A program made the translations under genes and the position numbers. From the NCBI GenBank assembly GCA_051362555.1, contig CM120640.1, positions 23,856,225 to 23,920,224 of the forward strand: DNA of 64,000 nt, in the 5' to 3' direction. This document shows positions 12,382 to 31,457 of the stretch, one piece after another. A model generated the notes under the pieces. That model saw only the letters and a list, made by a program, of their open reading frames with translations, searched no databases and was not told the origin of the DNA. How positions within the stretch are numbered: position 1 is the stretch's first letter; each line of letters starts with the position of its first letter. This stretch comes from Lingula anatina (Eukaryota; Animalia; Brachiopoda).

Positions 12382-14169
12382 ATGGAAGCCTCTGGGTCGA
12401 GAAATTGCGCCAACTTTGAAGAAAAAAATTCCAAAGAGTCAATCGAGGCCCTGTGGGAAGATATTGATGATGGCGTTTTATCAGATATAGTGCTTGATAA
12501 AAGATCTTTTGAAGGTGTGGTGTTTTTGCAACAGTGTGATTGAAATGCTCCCAGAAAGTGACGCACGTAGCACGAAAATTCATGGCTTAGCACTTCTATT
12601 TACGGTTTCTACTTTGTACTATTTGTGATACATAATACATATCAAAATCAGTAGATAGGAAAGCTAACGCATTTAAATTCCGTGCTACCTGACTGTCTGG
12701 TGTCTCGACCAGTCGATAGATGTTAAAGAGTAGAACAAGACAATTTATAACTTAATATTTTTTTTGCATAAATTCATTGAAGATACAGTGGTTTATAATC
12801 AATTTTAGCTTTAGTGCCAATTTGATGGGATTACGGGGTAATTCTAGCAGCAGCTGCAGATGCATTAGTCTAAATTTTAAGACACTGCATTATAAAGGCA
12901 ATAAAATTTGGATACATTTCAGAGCAAGATAATGATTCAGCAGCTCCACCTGAAGTAATACAAGTCAGCAAGAAGTTAAAAACAACTACTAGACCATTGG
13001 ATCTCTTCTCCCCTGGTCGCGGATACCTGTGGGTTTCTTCATTAACGGCACAGATGTGGTGTGAGCAGAAATTACATTACAGCCTCACTCTGCCAGTAGT
13101 GGAGGTGGAAAAACCAGCAATAAGTAAAGGGACAGACTTGCATCTTGCGAGAGGTTAGTGTGCATTGAGCCAGTTGATCAATGTAATTTTTTTTATATGG
13201 TCATCCTATTAATTTCAACACAACCTTTTGTGTATTTGTAAGCCGTCTACAGATATTTAAAACATTGCATGTGTTTTCTTATATAAATAAACTTCACATA
13301 ATTATGTGAAAATTTCTTGTGTAATTTTTCTCTTACTAATATTTACTGATTAATTATTACATACATGTACTATATACAGTCCTTTTCACATAACCGCTTC
13401 TTTTTTCCTTTCAGAACTTGCAGATCATGATGTGGTTAAAATAAAAGTTACTTCCAAAGAAGATATCTGGGCGGCAAAACTACTCAATCTATACTCTCCA
13501 GTAATCAGTTTTCTGCTTGGAACAAGGATGAGGAGAGAAATACCTATATTTGGATTTCCATTTAGTCACAATGTTTTTGTAATAGGATTGATAGACGAAA
13601 TACAGTTTGACCCAGAAACATTTACTTTTGACATCTTGGAATTAAAGACGCGGTCTTCTTCTAGAACATTGCCATCAAAAGCTCAGAGCAAATCTCACTC
13701 TTTACAAGTCATGCTTTACAAGAAGCTATTTGACGATTTGGTGAAAGGTCAAATTACAAAATATTCTGTGGCACAGCATTTACATCTTGAACTGGACAAA
13801 AACTTTGGAGAAGACATTAATAACAGTATTACAGAACATGGGTTATCTTGTCTTAATTTATCAGAACTTATGGACTGTGTATTTGAGAAAATGAAGAGCC
13901 TTACCTGCATAAACCAGTTGCTTCTTGAATACTGCTTTCAAGAAGACAATTCCACTATTGGAATTACAGAGGTGAAGTACAATGAACAGTGGTTAAAGGA
14001 GACATGTGATCATTACATGAAGTATTGGAAAGGGGAAAGGCCAGTTGAAGGAGTAGATATTGAAGAAGCCTTCAAGTGCCAGTCTTGTGAATTTGCAGAA
14101 GTTTGTGAATGGAGAGAGAAAAAATCAAAGGAACTAGCAAGAAAGAACTGCGCAAATTCCCTAAAATAA
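12382..14169 (+). CDS. EXO5: Exonuclease V (Dem1/EXO5), 3 exons, ~372 aa
   Basis: Exons 12382-12514, 12923-13153 and 13415-14169 join in frame (GT-AG). Motifs include YLWVSSLTAQMWCEQ, KGTDLHLARELADHD, the PD-(D/E)xK core GLIDEI...LELKTR, LQVMLYK, and C-terminal CQSCEFAEVC, which completes the 4-Cys Fe-S staple. Exon 1 is the least certain. Confidence 0.9.
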
Positions 14170-14250
14170 TACAATTTTCAACCACTCCAAGCATCAGCCA
14201 ACGACTGGATATGAAGTGGGTAAAAGTATTGTTCTTGATGTTTCTTAATC

Positions 14251-15159
14251 GGCTACAGAGATGACCACAGGGGCGCAGGCTATGGTGGTTGGTGGTCACT
14301 GAGAAGACAGGCTGAGGGGAAGATGAGGTTACTGTGGGGATCGAGTAGGATACAGGGATCGTGATAGAGGGTATGGCAGTAAGGGTGGTTACAGAAATGA
14401 TGACAGAGACAGATGTGAGCACAGAGGAGGATTTCGAGGTGGTCCTAGGCCAAGAAGAGATAGTGATGGAAATGGAGGAGCAGCAGAGCTGAAGGAATCA
14501 TCTACATGTATAGGCAATAGGACTATAAAAAATAACTTACATTTAAAGATCTCTGTAAATTACATCCCATATGAAGCAGTCAGTCACCTGAAGTGATCCA
14601 GCCTATAAGGTTGCCACTTTCAGTCTTAAATATGGTCAAAAATTTCAAAGCGCTTGTTTCTGGTGAAGTCCTGGGCTTGTTTCCAAGTTTGGTTATATCA
14701 AAGACCATAATAAAAAGGTTCTCGTTGTCTCCTAATTAAGTAAGCACTTGGCACCTAGAGGCTGAAGCAGAGGTAAAGACCCCTGTTATGAGGATATCAA
14801 GCTATAAATCTAAGCTTTACTTTAACCTGAGATAATTCTATTGCTTTATTACTTTGATAATAACAAAATTTAGGTTTGGTTTTCATTGAGAATATTTTGG
14901 ACTATCTTACAACAGCTTATGTAAGTACAAATTAAATGTTAAATATGACACATTTTCAAACACATCTACAGAAGGTGCAGCTGCCAGGCAAAAGTTAAAA
15001 GTGCTCCCTGGAACCAAGAAACACCCTGTTGCCCAATCAGGACCTTCTAGAAATTCGAGTATATTTGGCTCTGGAAAACAAAGGGAGGCCAAACCAGATG
15101 ATTACACAGGCAGTGATGAAACATCACATTTTGTAAAACGGAGAAAAACAGTATATTGA
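14251..15159 (+). pseudogene. Degenerate eIF4H/eIF4B-like C-terminal fragment (2 exon remnants)
   Basis: ~14251-14508 reads GYRDDHRGAGYGG/GGH*EDRLRGR*GYCGDRVGYRDRDRGYGSKGGYRNDDRDRCEHRGGFRGGPRPRRDS...ELKESST, with one frameshift and two TGA codons. 14972-15159, after acceptor CTACAG, reads GAAARQKLKVLPGTKKHPVAQSGPSRNSSIFGSGKQREAKP, resembling the eIF4H tail RPRLQLKPRT...SAIFGGARPRE. Confidence 0.7.
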
Positions 15160-16459
15160 ATAACAGGTACAGATGTTTTGCCTTTATAACGTGAAATAAT
15201 GATCTAGGTTTTTGCTGGCTTGTAAATTTTTTGATAAGTGACAAAAATGATTTGATAAAATGCTTACAAAATGAAAACTGAGTAATTTTAGAGATTAAGG
15301 AAATGATTTTTGACTTGGTTCATGTTGAGTAAAGGCTTTTGTCTCAATTGCATTTAGTTTCAGTTTTTATGCCAGTGAACAGTAGGTCAGCTGATACCCT
15401 TTTGTAGGATTGAATAAGCAAAGAGAAAAAAAAAAAAAAGATCTGCAGGAAGTCTATAGATACGTTGGCAACAGGAATGATTGCATGATTCAGTATAGTT
15501 CAGGGTAAAGGGCCAAAATACTAAGTTGAAGATTTGAAAAATGGTCTCTTTAGTTGAAACTGTAACTGTCCTAGTTGCAGTGCAATGTAAGCATATCTTC
15601 TGGCCATTGCAGATAGTAGTGTTGTTGTATGAGATATGAATGTCAGATACTTTTTCACTGCTCCTTAACAGCTGTCGTATTAGAATTCCAATATACTGAA
15701 ATGAATCGTGTCTAAGTATCAGTAAAATGGATGGAATCTTCAAGCTGTTGCCAGGGCATTGCGGAAATCACAACACAATTTGTTCTAAAACAATTCAATT
15801 GTATTATTTTTGGAAATACCAGATTTTGTTTAAATGTAAATTGTGATTTAGTTTTGTGTTGCCTCATGTAGATATAAGAGACTTCATTGAAGTTCGAATG
15901 ACATTGGACAAATTGATAAATGTCAAGACTCGATTCAAAATAGCAACTAACATTATTAGAATGAATGATAAGAATTCATTTTCAAAATCAAGAATACATT
16001 TCTAAAGGTAAATAAAGAATTGAAACTGAAAAATTAGTTTATATCTTGATTTTATGCACTTAAAATGAAAAGTAACTGCATTTTCTATTAATTCATTTCC
16101 TGAAAACCTGAAGGAATTTGTTTACACCTATCCACATTAAAAAAATCAAATAGCAATTAAATATGGTACTTGATTCTGATCATGATTAGTGACATATTTA
16201 TCTTTGTAACAGTCTGTTCAACATCCAATGTAGCAACCAGCATCTGTCATATTAGCCTCAAAAACGAATGCCTTTCTGAACTGAAGTATTTACTGTTTTC
16301 TTAAACGAAGCATACCATTACTACAAACAAAATGAGACTCCCATTATGATTTCTTCCATAAGGCAATGTTTGTTAATGCATGTTGCAAACATGTCTTCTA
16401 GATAAGTTATTAAATGCAATCTTGGGATTATCAATCCTTAAAAAACTGTCAAATTTGTA

Positions 16460-23391
<6,932 letters not shown>

Positions 23392-23955
23392 ATTCCGCTT
23401 GTTCCCGAACTTTTTAGGACATGCCAGTACCCATTTCCGATGTAAAACTTATATAGTCTCTCCATTGATTTATTATCCAACTCATGAACAAAATTCGTTA
23501 CTGCCACGTACTGAAATTCCCTAATAAGAAATAAGAGACAAATATTCTTTTTATTTATATTTAAATATCAATGTTTATTTTTCGACATGGACTTTGGCTG
23601 GATATCTATAAAACTAAGAGTAATATGAAGATAGATTAAAAATCATATTGGAAAAATAATAAAATGAATTATATGTCTAAATAGTCTTTACAAAATATAA
23701 ATACCAAATAAAAGATATGAAATTGAAATATTGTGATCGTTTTATTATAGTTTGATAAAATAATTTGCCATTAAAATATTCATGTTCCCTATTTTACTTT
23801 CATCTAAATCGCTCGCCAGAACCCATTGTCGGCACTCCCACCAGTGCGCTCTTCTGTATCGCCGCTCTTTTCTAGTGCTCTCCACTTGAACCATCACTCG
23901 GCGTGTGGTAACCTCACAAAATCGCTTCAGAAAAAGAAATCAGAAACATACCAAA
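23392..23955. promoter_or_regulatory. Putative bidirectional promoter and 5' leaders between CDK8 and AMD1
   Basis: Divergent start codons ~565 bp apart. An AT-rich core is flanked by more GC-rich, leader-like segments. Confidence 0.55.
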
Positions 23956-26900
23956 ATGAGTTTCTTTGAGGGCACAGAGAAACTATTAGAAGTGTGGTTT
24001 GGTTCTTCACATAAGGATAGAACAGCTGATCTTCGCCTGATTCCTCGGTAAGTCTGGGTTGTGTAAGGTCGCTAATGACTTATCAAGACCCAAGGCATTG
24101 TTTACTGTGTCCAAGAATCGGAGAAACACAAGCAATCTTTTGACTTATTATTATTTTTATATTTTTTAAATATATTTTCAATTGTAGGGAATTTTGGGAT
24201 GACCTACTTGATTTGGTCCAATGTAAAATTCTTAGTGTTGTCAAGAATGAAAGCATCCATGCCTATGTTCTCAGGTAAGTCAACATTTGTCTGAAAAGAT
24301 ACGCTGAAGCTAGCTTAGCGGCAACAATTATGAGAAACTTAGAATACTAATACAACTAAAGAACACGATTTGAAGGTCTTGTATGGGTTTCTTGTATTTA
24401 TGTGTTCTCTGTATGTGCTCTATTTATGTGTTAAATGGAGGTCATGGAAAGTTTAGTCTTGTACGTCATTTATTATCCAGTGCAGTGTTGTTTTAATTTT
24501 TTTTATAATAGTGAAAGCAGCATGTTTATATCGAAGAATCGATTTATTCTGAAGACTTGTGGCACTACCACTTTACTGTATGCTGTCCAGCCACTGCTTA
24601 AGAAGGTGAAAGAATATTGTGGATTTGACATTGTTGAGGTAATATTTTCATATGTTTATTATTCATAGCATATTATTGATATTCCTAATTAAATTTGATA
24701 ATACTGTCTTAAATTTTCATTTTCATGTGCTTATAGTTTTCCAGATGGCAAGATACCTCAAAAGATCAAAAGAAAAAGGGTAATGATGTATTATTCCTTG
24801 TTCCCATACCTAGATCGATCTAGCAGGATCAACTCATCTAGGAGGGGGTTCTGGCTAAATTGCATTCAGCTTAAGCAGCTCTGATGTCTGACATGCCTAC
24901 TGAAGCTGCTAAACAATAGTTAATTACCCCCTAACAGCTTCAGTAGGCATGCCAGACATCAGAGCCTCTTAAGCTGAATTCAATTTAGTGAAAATTCCTA
25001 CGGGCGATCCTACTAGATCAATCTAGGTATAGGAATGGGTCTTAGTCTAAAAAGAGCATGATGAAGTAAATGAATAAAATTGATCTTGGCATTTCAACTT
25101 TTGATTGGGAGTTCTTATGATAGGTTAGTTAGTATGAAACATTTTTACACTGTGATATCTTTTTAAAATGTTTCATGAAAAATAGATCTTCTATTTTTTG
25201 TTTAAGACCCAAGACAGATGTATCAATTTCTGATGGTTTGACATTTAAGACTGCACTAGTTGTTGTGTCTGTATAGCCGTTGTGATCACATTTTTGAAAT
25301 AGGATTGTTACACATATGAGGGGTTCATGCCATATTTCTATCAACCAACACAACACTGTTTACATGAAAGAGAGAGAGAGTGGCTTTCATTGTTACAGCG
25401 CTGTCCACTTCTGAACCTTCTTTCACTGACCATTATGAGGAGAGTTTAAAGTTGAAAAACATACATTCCTTGCACCAGAGAAATACCAGCTTCAGGTTCA
25501 TAATATTAATACACTTATGTAAATCTAAATTGGTACTTGTTATCATCCCTTTGGAAGACATTATACGCTTAAAGGAGACACCATGGCATCCAGTAATGAT
25601 TTAGTATAAAGATATGTTATCTATTTAGGTCCCATCTAGGTGACTGTCACTTAAGGAGGCACTATATGTCCCTACCGGGAGAACATTCAGCTAGTTAAAA
25701 TGAAAATTGAGCTCAGTAACGTGTCATATCTGCTCAATTTCTGAATAAAATGTATCTTAAAGGAAATTCAAAACATTTAATATGCACCATGCTAACTTTT
25801 CCTGTAAAAAACTGATCCATGAGACCTTGCGGCATAATGTTACATTACTACCATTAATTATTAATGTGAAAGTATTTTTGCTTGCATTTGTCATAAAACA
25901 CATAACAAATGCCTGTTAGTGTGTGAACACAGTTTGAAAAAAAATTTTTTTCTTTTACATTTTTCATTTTTTTTCTTTCAACTTTTTGAAGCCAAATGCA
26001 TTTTTGATAAGCAATTATCATTTGTAATCCTTACTTTCGACCTTGGTGTGTCAAAGAGCCATGGGAGACATCTGGATATGTGACAGAGATTGAATGATAA
26101 CCAGGCCTCCTATCAATGTAAACAATTTAAAGCAAGCAGTCATCAAGTATGAAGAATCAGTCCTATGATTTCAGTCATATAATTAAGCATCTGTATGAAA
26201 CATTAACTAGAGCTGATGCTGCCTTTTCAATCCTTGCAATGAGATCATTATTATAACTTATTTAGTATTTTGTTTGGATATACGAATGATTCTGTACATG
26301 GAATTGTTCTTAAAAACTGAAAACCGTGATTTACTTAAATCTGTGTTGATTGTTAGAGCCATTGTGTGTGTGTCCACCTTGTTTGTGGGGGGGGGAGGGG
26401 GACCTGGGTTTGAAGTAACCAGTCAATTTATAATTTATTTGATTGACAATTGATAAAGTTGTATAAAAAATATGAGGAATATTAGAATGAGGAGGTCTGG
26501 ATTGAAGCTGAGATTTGACCTTGATTGTACCACATAACTTTTAGTTTAGTAACACGTAATTTGAAGTCATTTCATTCTTGTCATGTGCAGTAAAAAAATA
26601 GAACCCTGGGAATCTATGAAGCAATTTTAAGGTAAACATATCCCAAATAAGAGAGCCTGTAGGTTTAATTTTAAAAGGGTTCTTTTGATTTATTGTTGGG
26701 GGTCTGGCAATGAACAAAAGAACTCTCACAGCCTGGTATTATACTTATCATTCAGTACCTTGTTTATTGCTAGTACCTAAACACATTATATATATAATAC
26801 CACCTTACGTAAGGGAGATGCAGACATTGAAAGTACAGAAAACAACCATCCTTGAAACATATCACGGTTTTATGCTGTCAAAACACAAGTCACTCAGGGA

Positions 26901-29900
26901 CCCAGCCTCGGATTACGTTATTTTGATTAGAGGGATATTTTACTAATGCATGAGCCTACTAGATGTGCAATAAACATTATAATTTTTATATCATCACAGC
27001 AAGTTTTATATAAGGGTGTGTTAATTAGCCTTTATATTGTCTAACAGGTTATTTTTTCTTCTAAGCCAAAATGTTCCTAGTTTAAAATGGTGGTCTTCCT
27101 AATCATGTTGTCTGTGTAACTAGCACATTCTAAGACTAAATGTTTCATGAGAAAAGTTGCAATTACCAAATAGCCCTTTTATTGGTGGTGTGGCTAACAG
27201 ATATTGTTCATATGGTTTACCACTGCAGGATGACCATAAATTTAAGTAAAGATAAGTAAATACACGGGGTTACATTATTTGCATTGCATGACCAACCATT
27301 TTGCATATAAAAGCAATATTTTGCTACTCTTTTAGGATGTGTTTTATTCTCGCAAGAAATTCATGCAGCCACAACTGCAGGAAAAGCTTCACCAGAGATT
27401 TGAAGATGAGGTAACAGTTTTCTTCTGAATGTTTTTATAACTAGTCTTCTCATGGTGGATAAAGCCACGTCTTTTGAGTAAAATATAAGTTTTTCTTTTG
27501 TAAAAAAACTTAATGTTTAAATATGTTATCTTTATTTGATTTTCAATCTTATTATTCAGGTAAAATACTTGGATCAGCTGTTTAAAGGCGAGTGGTTATT
27601 ATTTTTTTATTTTGAAAATTTGTCTGATGAAAATGTTTTTAATCTAATGTGTGAAATGCTTTTTGAAATATGCAAAGACAAATTCTGTTTCAAAAGATCT
27701 ATAAACAAGAGCTCATTTGTTTTATAAATTAAAATATTGCCTTAACACATACGTATTGCTTTTTCACATCCAGATTATTGTGGACATTCAGACTGATAGT
27801 TTCCTGAAACAAACATATTCACAATATTATGATATTTTCTATGTTTCCCACATGTATCTACTTGATCATAGATTTAACACTTGCAGACATGCATTCAAAA
27901 CAGTTGAAAATGATTGTAAAACAAAAAGGGAATATAACCCTGTCCTCTTCTTAAAGACAAAATGGTGCATTCATTTTATCCTTTTAAAGGTTTTAAGCAT
28001 GTAAGATAATATAAAAGATATGTTATGTTTAGATTTAAAAAATGTTTTCAGTCTTTGCATAATTTTGCAATTGAACACACTTTTGAAATAAAGGGTAAAA
28101 TGTTTCATTCAAATATTATAGAACTCGCTCTCTCCTTTAACACGCACATGCCTGACTACTAGTATATTTATTTAAAAACAAAATTATTCTATTTGATTAT
28201 AGATGGAGGTGCCTATATACTAGGAAAATTGAATGCTGATGCATGGTGAGTTATTTATTTTATATATTTATATAAGGAATGTTTTGATTAGCCTTTGAAA
28301 AGGGCATCTGGCATAATATTTTCACTACTCCTCATTAATTTCCATTTATCTTTAGTTATTCTGCATTTCATCTCAGCATGTGCTTCATATATTATGAAAC
28401 GTATTTCTATTTTTTGATGTGGTCTGATGTTGATAACCTTTTATTTTTTCTTTTACAAGAGAGACCAAAACTGTTACAGATATTATCAATTAAAAAGAAA
28501 TATTAAAATCATTTTGTTCAGGTACCTTTACACCACCAACCCTCAACTAACCAGCCCAGGGCGAGGAGTGATTGAGCCAGACCAAACTTTGGAAATATCC
28601 TTTAAAATGTGTTATTGATATTAAAAGGCTCTGCACAGCCTCAAATCAGAATTCCAATTTAGTTGTTTAAATTTGAAAGAAGTTGTGCCCTTGTGCCATC
28701 ATATTTACATGGATAATGATTTGGGAGGATAAAATGTTGCTGGAATTTTGTTTCTTTAACGTGTGTGAAATTAATGTTGAGATAAGAATGCAAAATTGTT
28801 ATTACTAATGAAAAACAAACAAGAATATATGCTGTTTCCTTTAACTTCCACACGTACTCCTGTCAGGTCTGGATCCAGAGGTAATGAAAATATTTACCAC
28901 AGAAGTGAGCAAGACTGCAACCCAGGCAACTGCAGTAAGAGAAAAAAAAGTTTTTCAGAGATGATTTATTAACCTAACTTTGATTCATGTTTTGTCTTGT
29001 ATCAAAGTGTGACATAGCAGCATGTGCTAAGTGCACAGTTTTTGTAAATGATGTGGCACTTGCTGAATGTCAATAAGGATAAAGTATACACAATGATCAG
29101 TAATTATTGTTATGGGTATGATGTCCTAGTATGGTTACAAGGGAAACTCAAGTACATAGCGTTATTTATTTTCTGTCATTTATTTAATTGGGATTTTGTA
29201 GTGAATAATTAAGTAATAATTATGTAACTACAACTCTCAGATATTAAAATGATTATTTTTCGGTCATGCTACAGAAAACTTTAAGAGGAATATTAACAAT
29301 TTTATGTTTCAGCACTCTGGAATAGCAGAACTTCTCCCAGGAGCCCAAATTGATGACTACCTGTTTGAGCCTTGTGGTTACAGTATGAATGGAATCTTGC
29401 CAGATGTTAGTATTACTGTCTGATATTACAATCTTAACTGTGTAGGACTTATGATTAGATAAGAAGTGAGTTCATTTAGTACTCATACATCTGTGTCACA
29501 GCCATCTTATTTAATTTGCATGGTTATTTTGTGAGGTTTAGAAGTGTGATTACTGAAAAACTGATCCTCTGTTTTACTAAGAACAATATTATTTTGATAG
29601 CTATTGGTTTTAGAACTTCATCAGTTATATTCTAAGAAAAAAGAATATTTGAATATCACAGTGTGTGAACATATAAAGGAAACAGTCACTAAAACATACG
29701 TGAAAAGGATATTATACTGAAATACTTCAATTTCATTCTGACATTGTCAAGCAGTCCATACTTGTATGTTTGAAGATGTGATTTGTACCAGAGACCAATT
29801 TGCACAACTTATGTTCTTATTTATTTTAGGCACGTTACATAACTATCCACATAACACCTGAGCCTGAGTGTTCTTATGTCAGCTTTGAAACTAATGTACC

Positions 29901-31457
29901 TCAGGTGAGTAATAGGCTGGGAATTTGTTGTTTCACTAATCTGTTGCCTCATCTGTCCATTGCCTTTTCTTTGCAGTGATATATTTAAAAGTTAACAAAG
30001 AAATATGATTTATAAATGAAATAAAGGACTAAAAACAACTTATTAGTTCAAGCTTCATTATTTTTTTAATAATCTTTTCCAAACTATTTGAAGATAGTCC
30101 ATTAAAAATTTTTTATGGGAGTATAATGAAACTTCTTTATTCTTTTACTTGATATACTTATTTTTATTAGCAAGTATGGTACTCTACTGTTATTTGTCTT
30201 GTTTGCCCATGATACAACACTATTGGCCATGTTGGACTTGAAATCCACTTGTACAGTGCTCTGCACCTGTGTAATTCACCTATAACTCAGGTGATTTATA
30301 TTGTGGCTACTACATGCATCTAACTTCATAGCAAAATGAACAATAAATGAAAGAAGCAAGAATTAGATAATATAATAAATAAATAAAAATGTATTTAAGG
30401 GCCGCTCCATGAAATTGTCCCCTCAAAATGAATTTTCCTGGGGAACAATTAATTTTCTACTTGTGAATTATTGCTTGACCTGTCCTTGAACTTGGATTCG
30501 ATGTTTTATTCCTTTTTAAATTTAATACTTCACTTTAAATGACTGGCCAGTCATTATAAATGACATCTGCCATCACTCACTTTGCCTCGCTTTCACACAA
30601 AAAAGAAAATGGACATTACAAGCTGACATTGAAATGTTGTAAGCTGACAGTGGTTACCCAAGGATACTGAGAAAATATGTAATAACCACACAGGGTACAC
30701 TTCAGTTACAGCAATTTAAAGTTTTTTTGTCTTTGGAGTCTGATTTGGGACATATAAGAAGCATAATAGGACATAAATATATGACTGGGGATTTTCAAAC
30801 GTGTGAAGAGAACCTCTTACAATTTATTTTGGCGGGAAAATCCCATGGAGTGGCCCTTTAAAATCACTCATGTTTCAAACATGGAGCCAGCTGGTGGTAT
30901 GAATTTAGGTGGTCTCACCCCTTGCTGACCTCTTGTAATTAATTGTGTTCAACCTTTTCCAGGCTGACTATCATGATTTGATCATGCATGTTCTCAACTG
31001 CTTCAAACCTAGGAAGTTCCTGTTGACAGTCTTTGCCAATAAGGTGAGTATATATAGAATATTGATTAATGTGCACAGGAAGAGAAAAAAGTAATAAAAC
31101 TCTTGTCATAAATATTGATCATTAATTTTATAATGTAGGGTTAGTTATGAAATGGTTTGCATTGGTAATGGATTACCTTATTTTCATCTATCCAAGCAAA
31201 ATATGTATGACCATGCCACCAGCATGATATATTATATATACCAAATAATAAAAAAGTTACAAATTCCTCAGTAATTTGCTATTGTTTTAAATTACATGAA
31301 TTTCTTGATTTAGGCTTCTAAAGCTGCCGGAGTCCACAAAGATATGCAGTGTGAGAAGTGGGATGAGTTTGCTGGCTTTTCAAGAGTGGATAACCAGCTG
31401 TGCATGTTCAAGAATTACGCTCTCACCTATGCCCATTTTGCCCGTGATCCTTTCTAG
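23956..31457 (+). CDS. AMD1: S-adenosylmethionine decarboxylase proenzyme, 12 exons, 332 aa
   Basis: Exons 23956-24047, 24188-24274, 24512-24638, 27336-27410, 27560-27587 (GC donor), 28203-28245, 28522-28594 (AT-AC intron follows), 28854-28934, 29313-29405, 29830-29904, 30963-31043 and 31314-31457 total 999 nt in frame. Motifs: [22 protein letters not shown] (pyruvoyl cleavage site), [36 protein letters not shown]. Confidence 0.96.
24794..25041. mobile_element. MITE family A relative in AMD1 intron 3, strongly palindromic
   Basis: TTCCCATACCTAGATCGATCTAG...CTAGATCAATCTAGGTATAGGAATGGGTC|TTA. Inner inverted repeat GATGTCTGACATGCCTACTGAAGCTG / CAGCTTCAGTAGGCATGCCAGACATC. Shares the core GTTAATTACCCC with the other copies. 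Confidence 0.75.
28595..28853 (+). other. U12-type (minor spliceosome) AT-AC intron in AMD1
   Basis: 5' end ATATCCTTT, branch TTTCCTTTAAC at 28835-28845, 3' end CCACAC|. Removal joins PDQTLE to [11 protein letters not shown] in frame, matching the conserved PDQTLE(I/V)LMxxLDP motif. Confidence 0.92.
30398..30857. mobile_element. Harbinger/Tourist-like MITE in AMD1 intron 10
   Basis: TTA|AGGGCCGCTCCATG...CATGGAGTGGCCCT|TTA. Confidence 0.7.

Noticed and set aside
14072-14422. 116-aa minus-strand ORF
   Set aside because: It is the antisense shadow of the purine-rich eIF4H-like relic and the end of EXO5.
23588-23629. Short ORF MDFGWISIKLRVI*, and a nearby TTG GCT GGA TAT CTA TAA loosely recalling MAGDIS
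   Set aside because: There is no real peptide match, and it probably lies upstream of the AMD1 transcription start in AT-rich promoter DNA.
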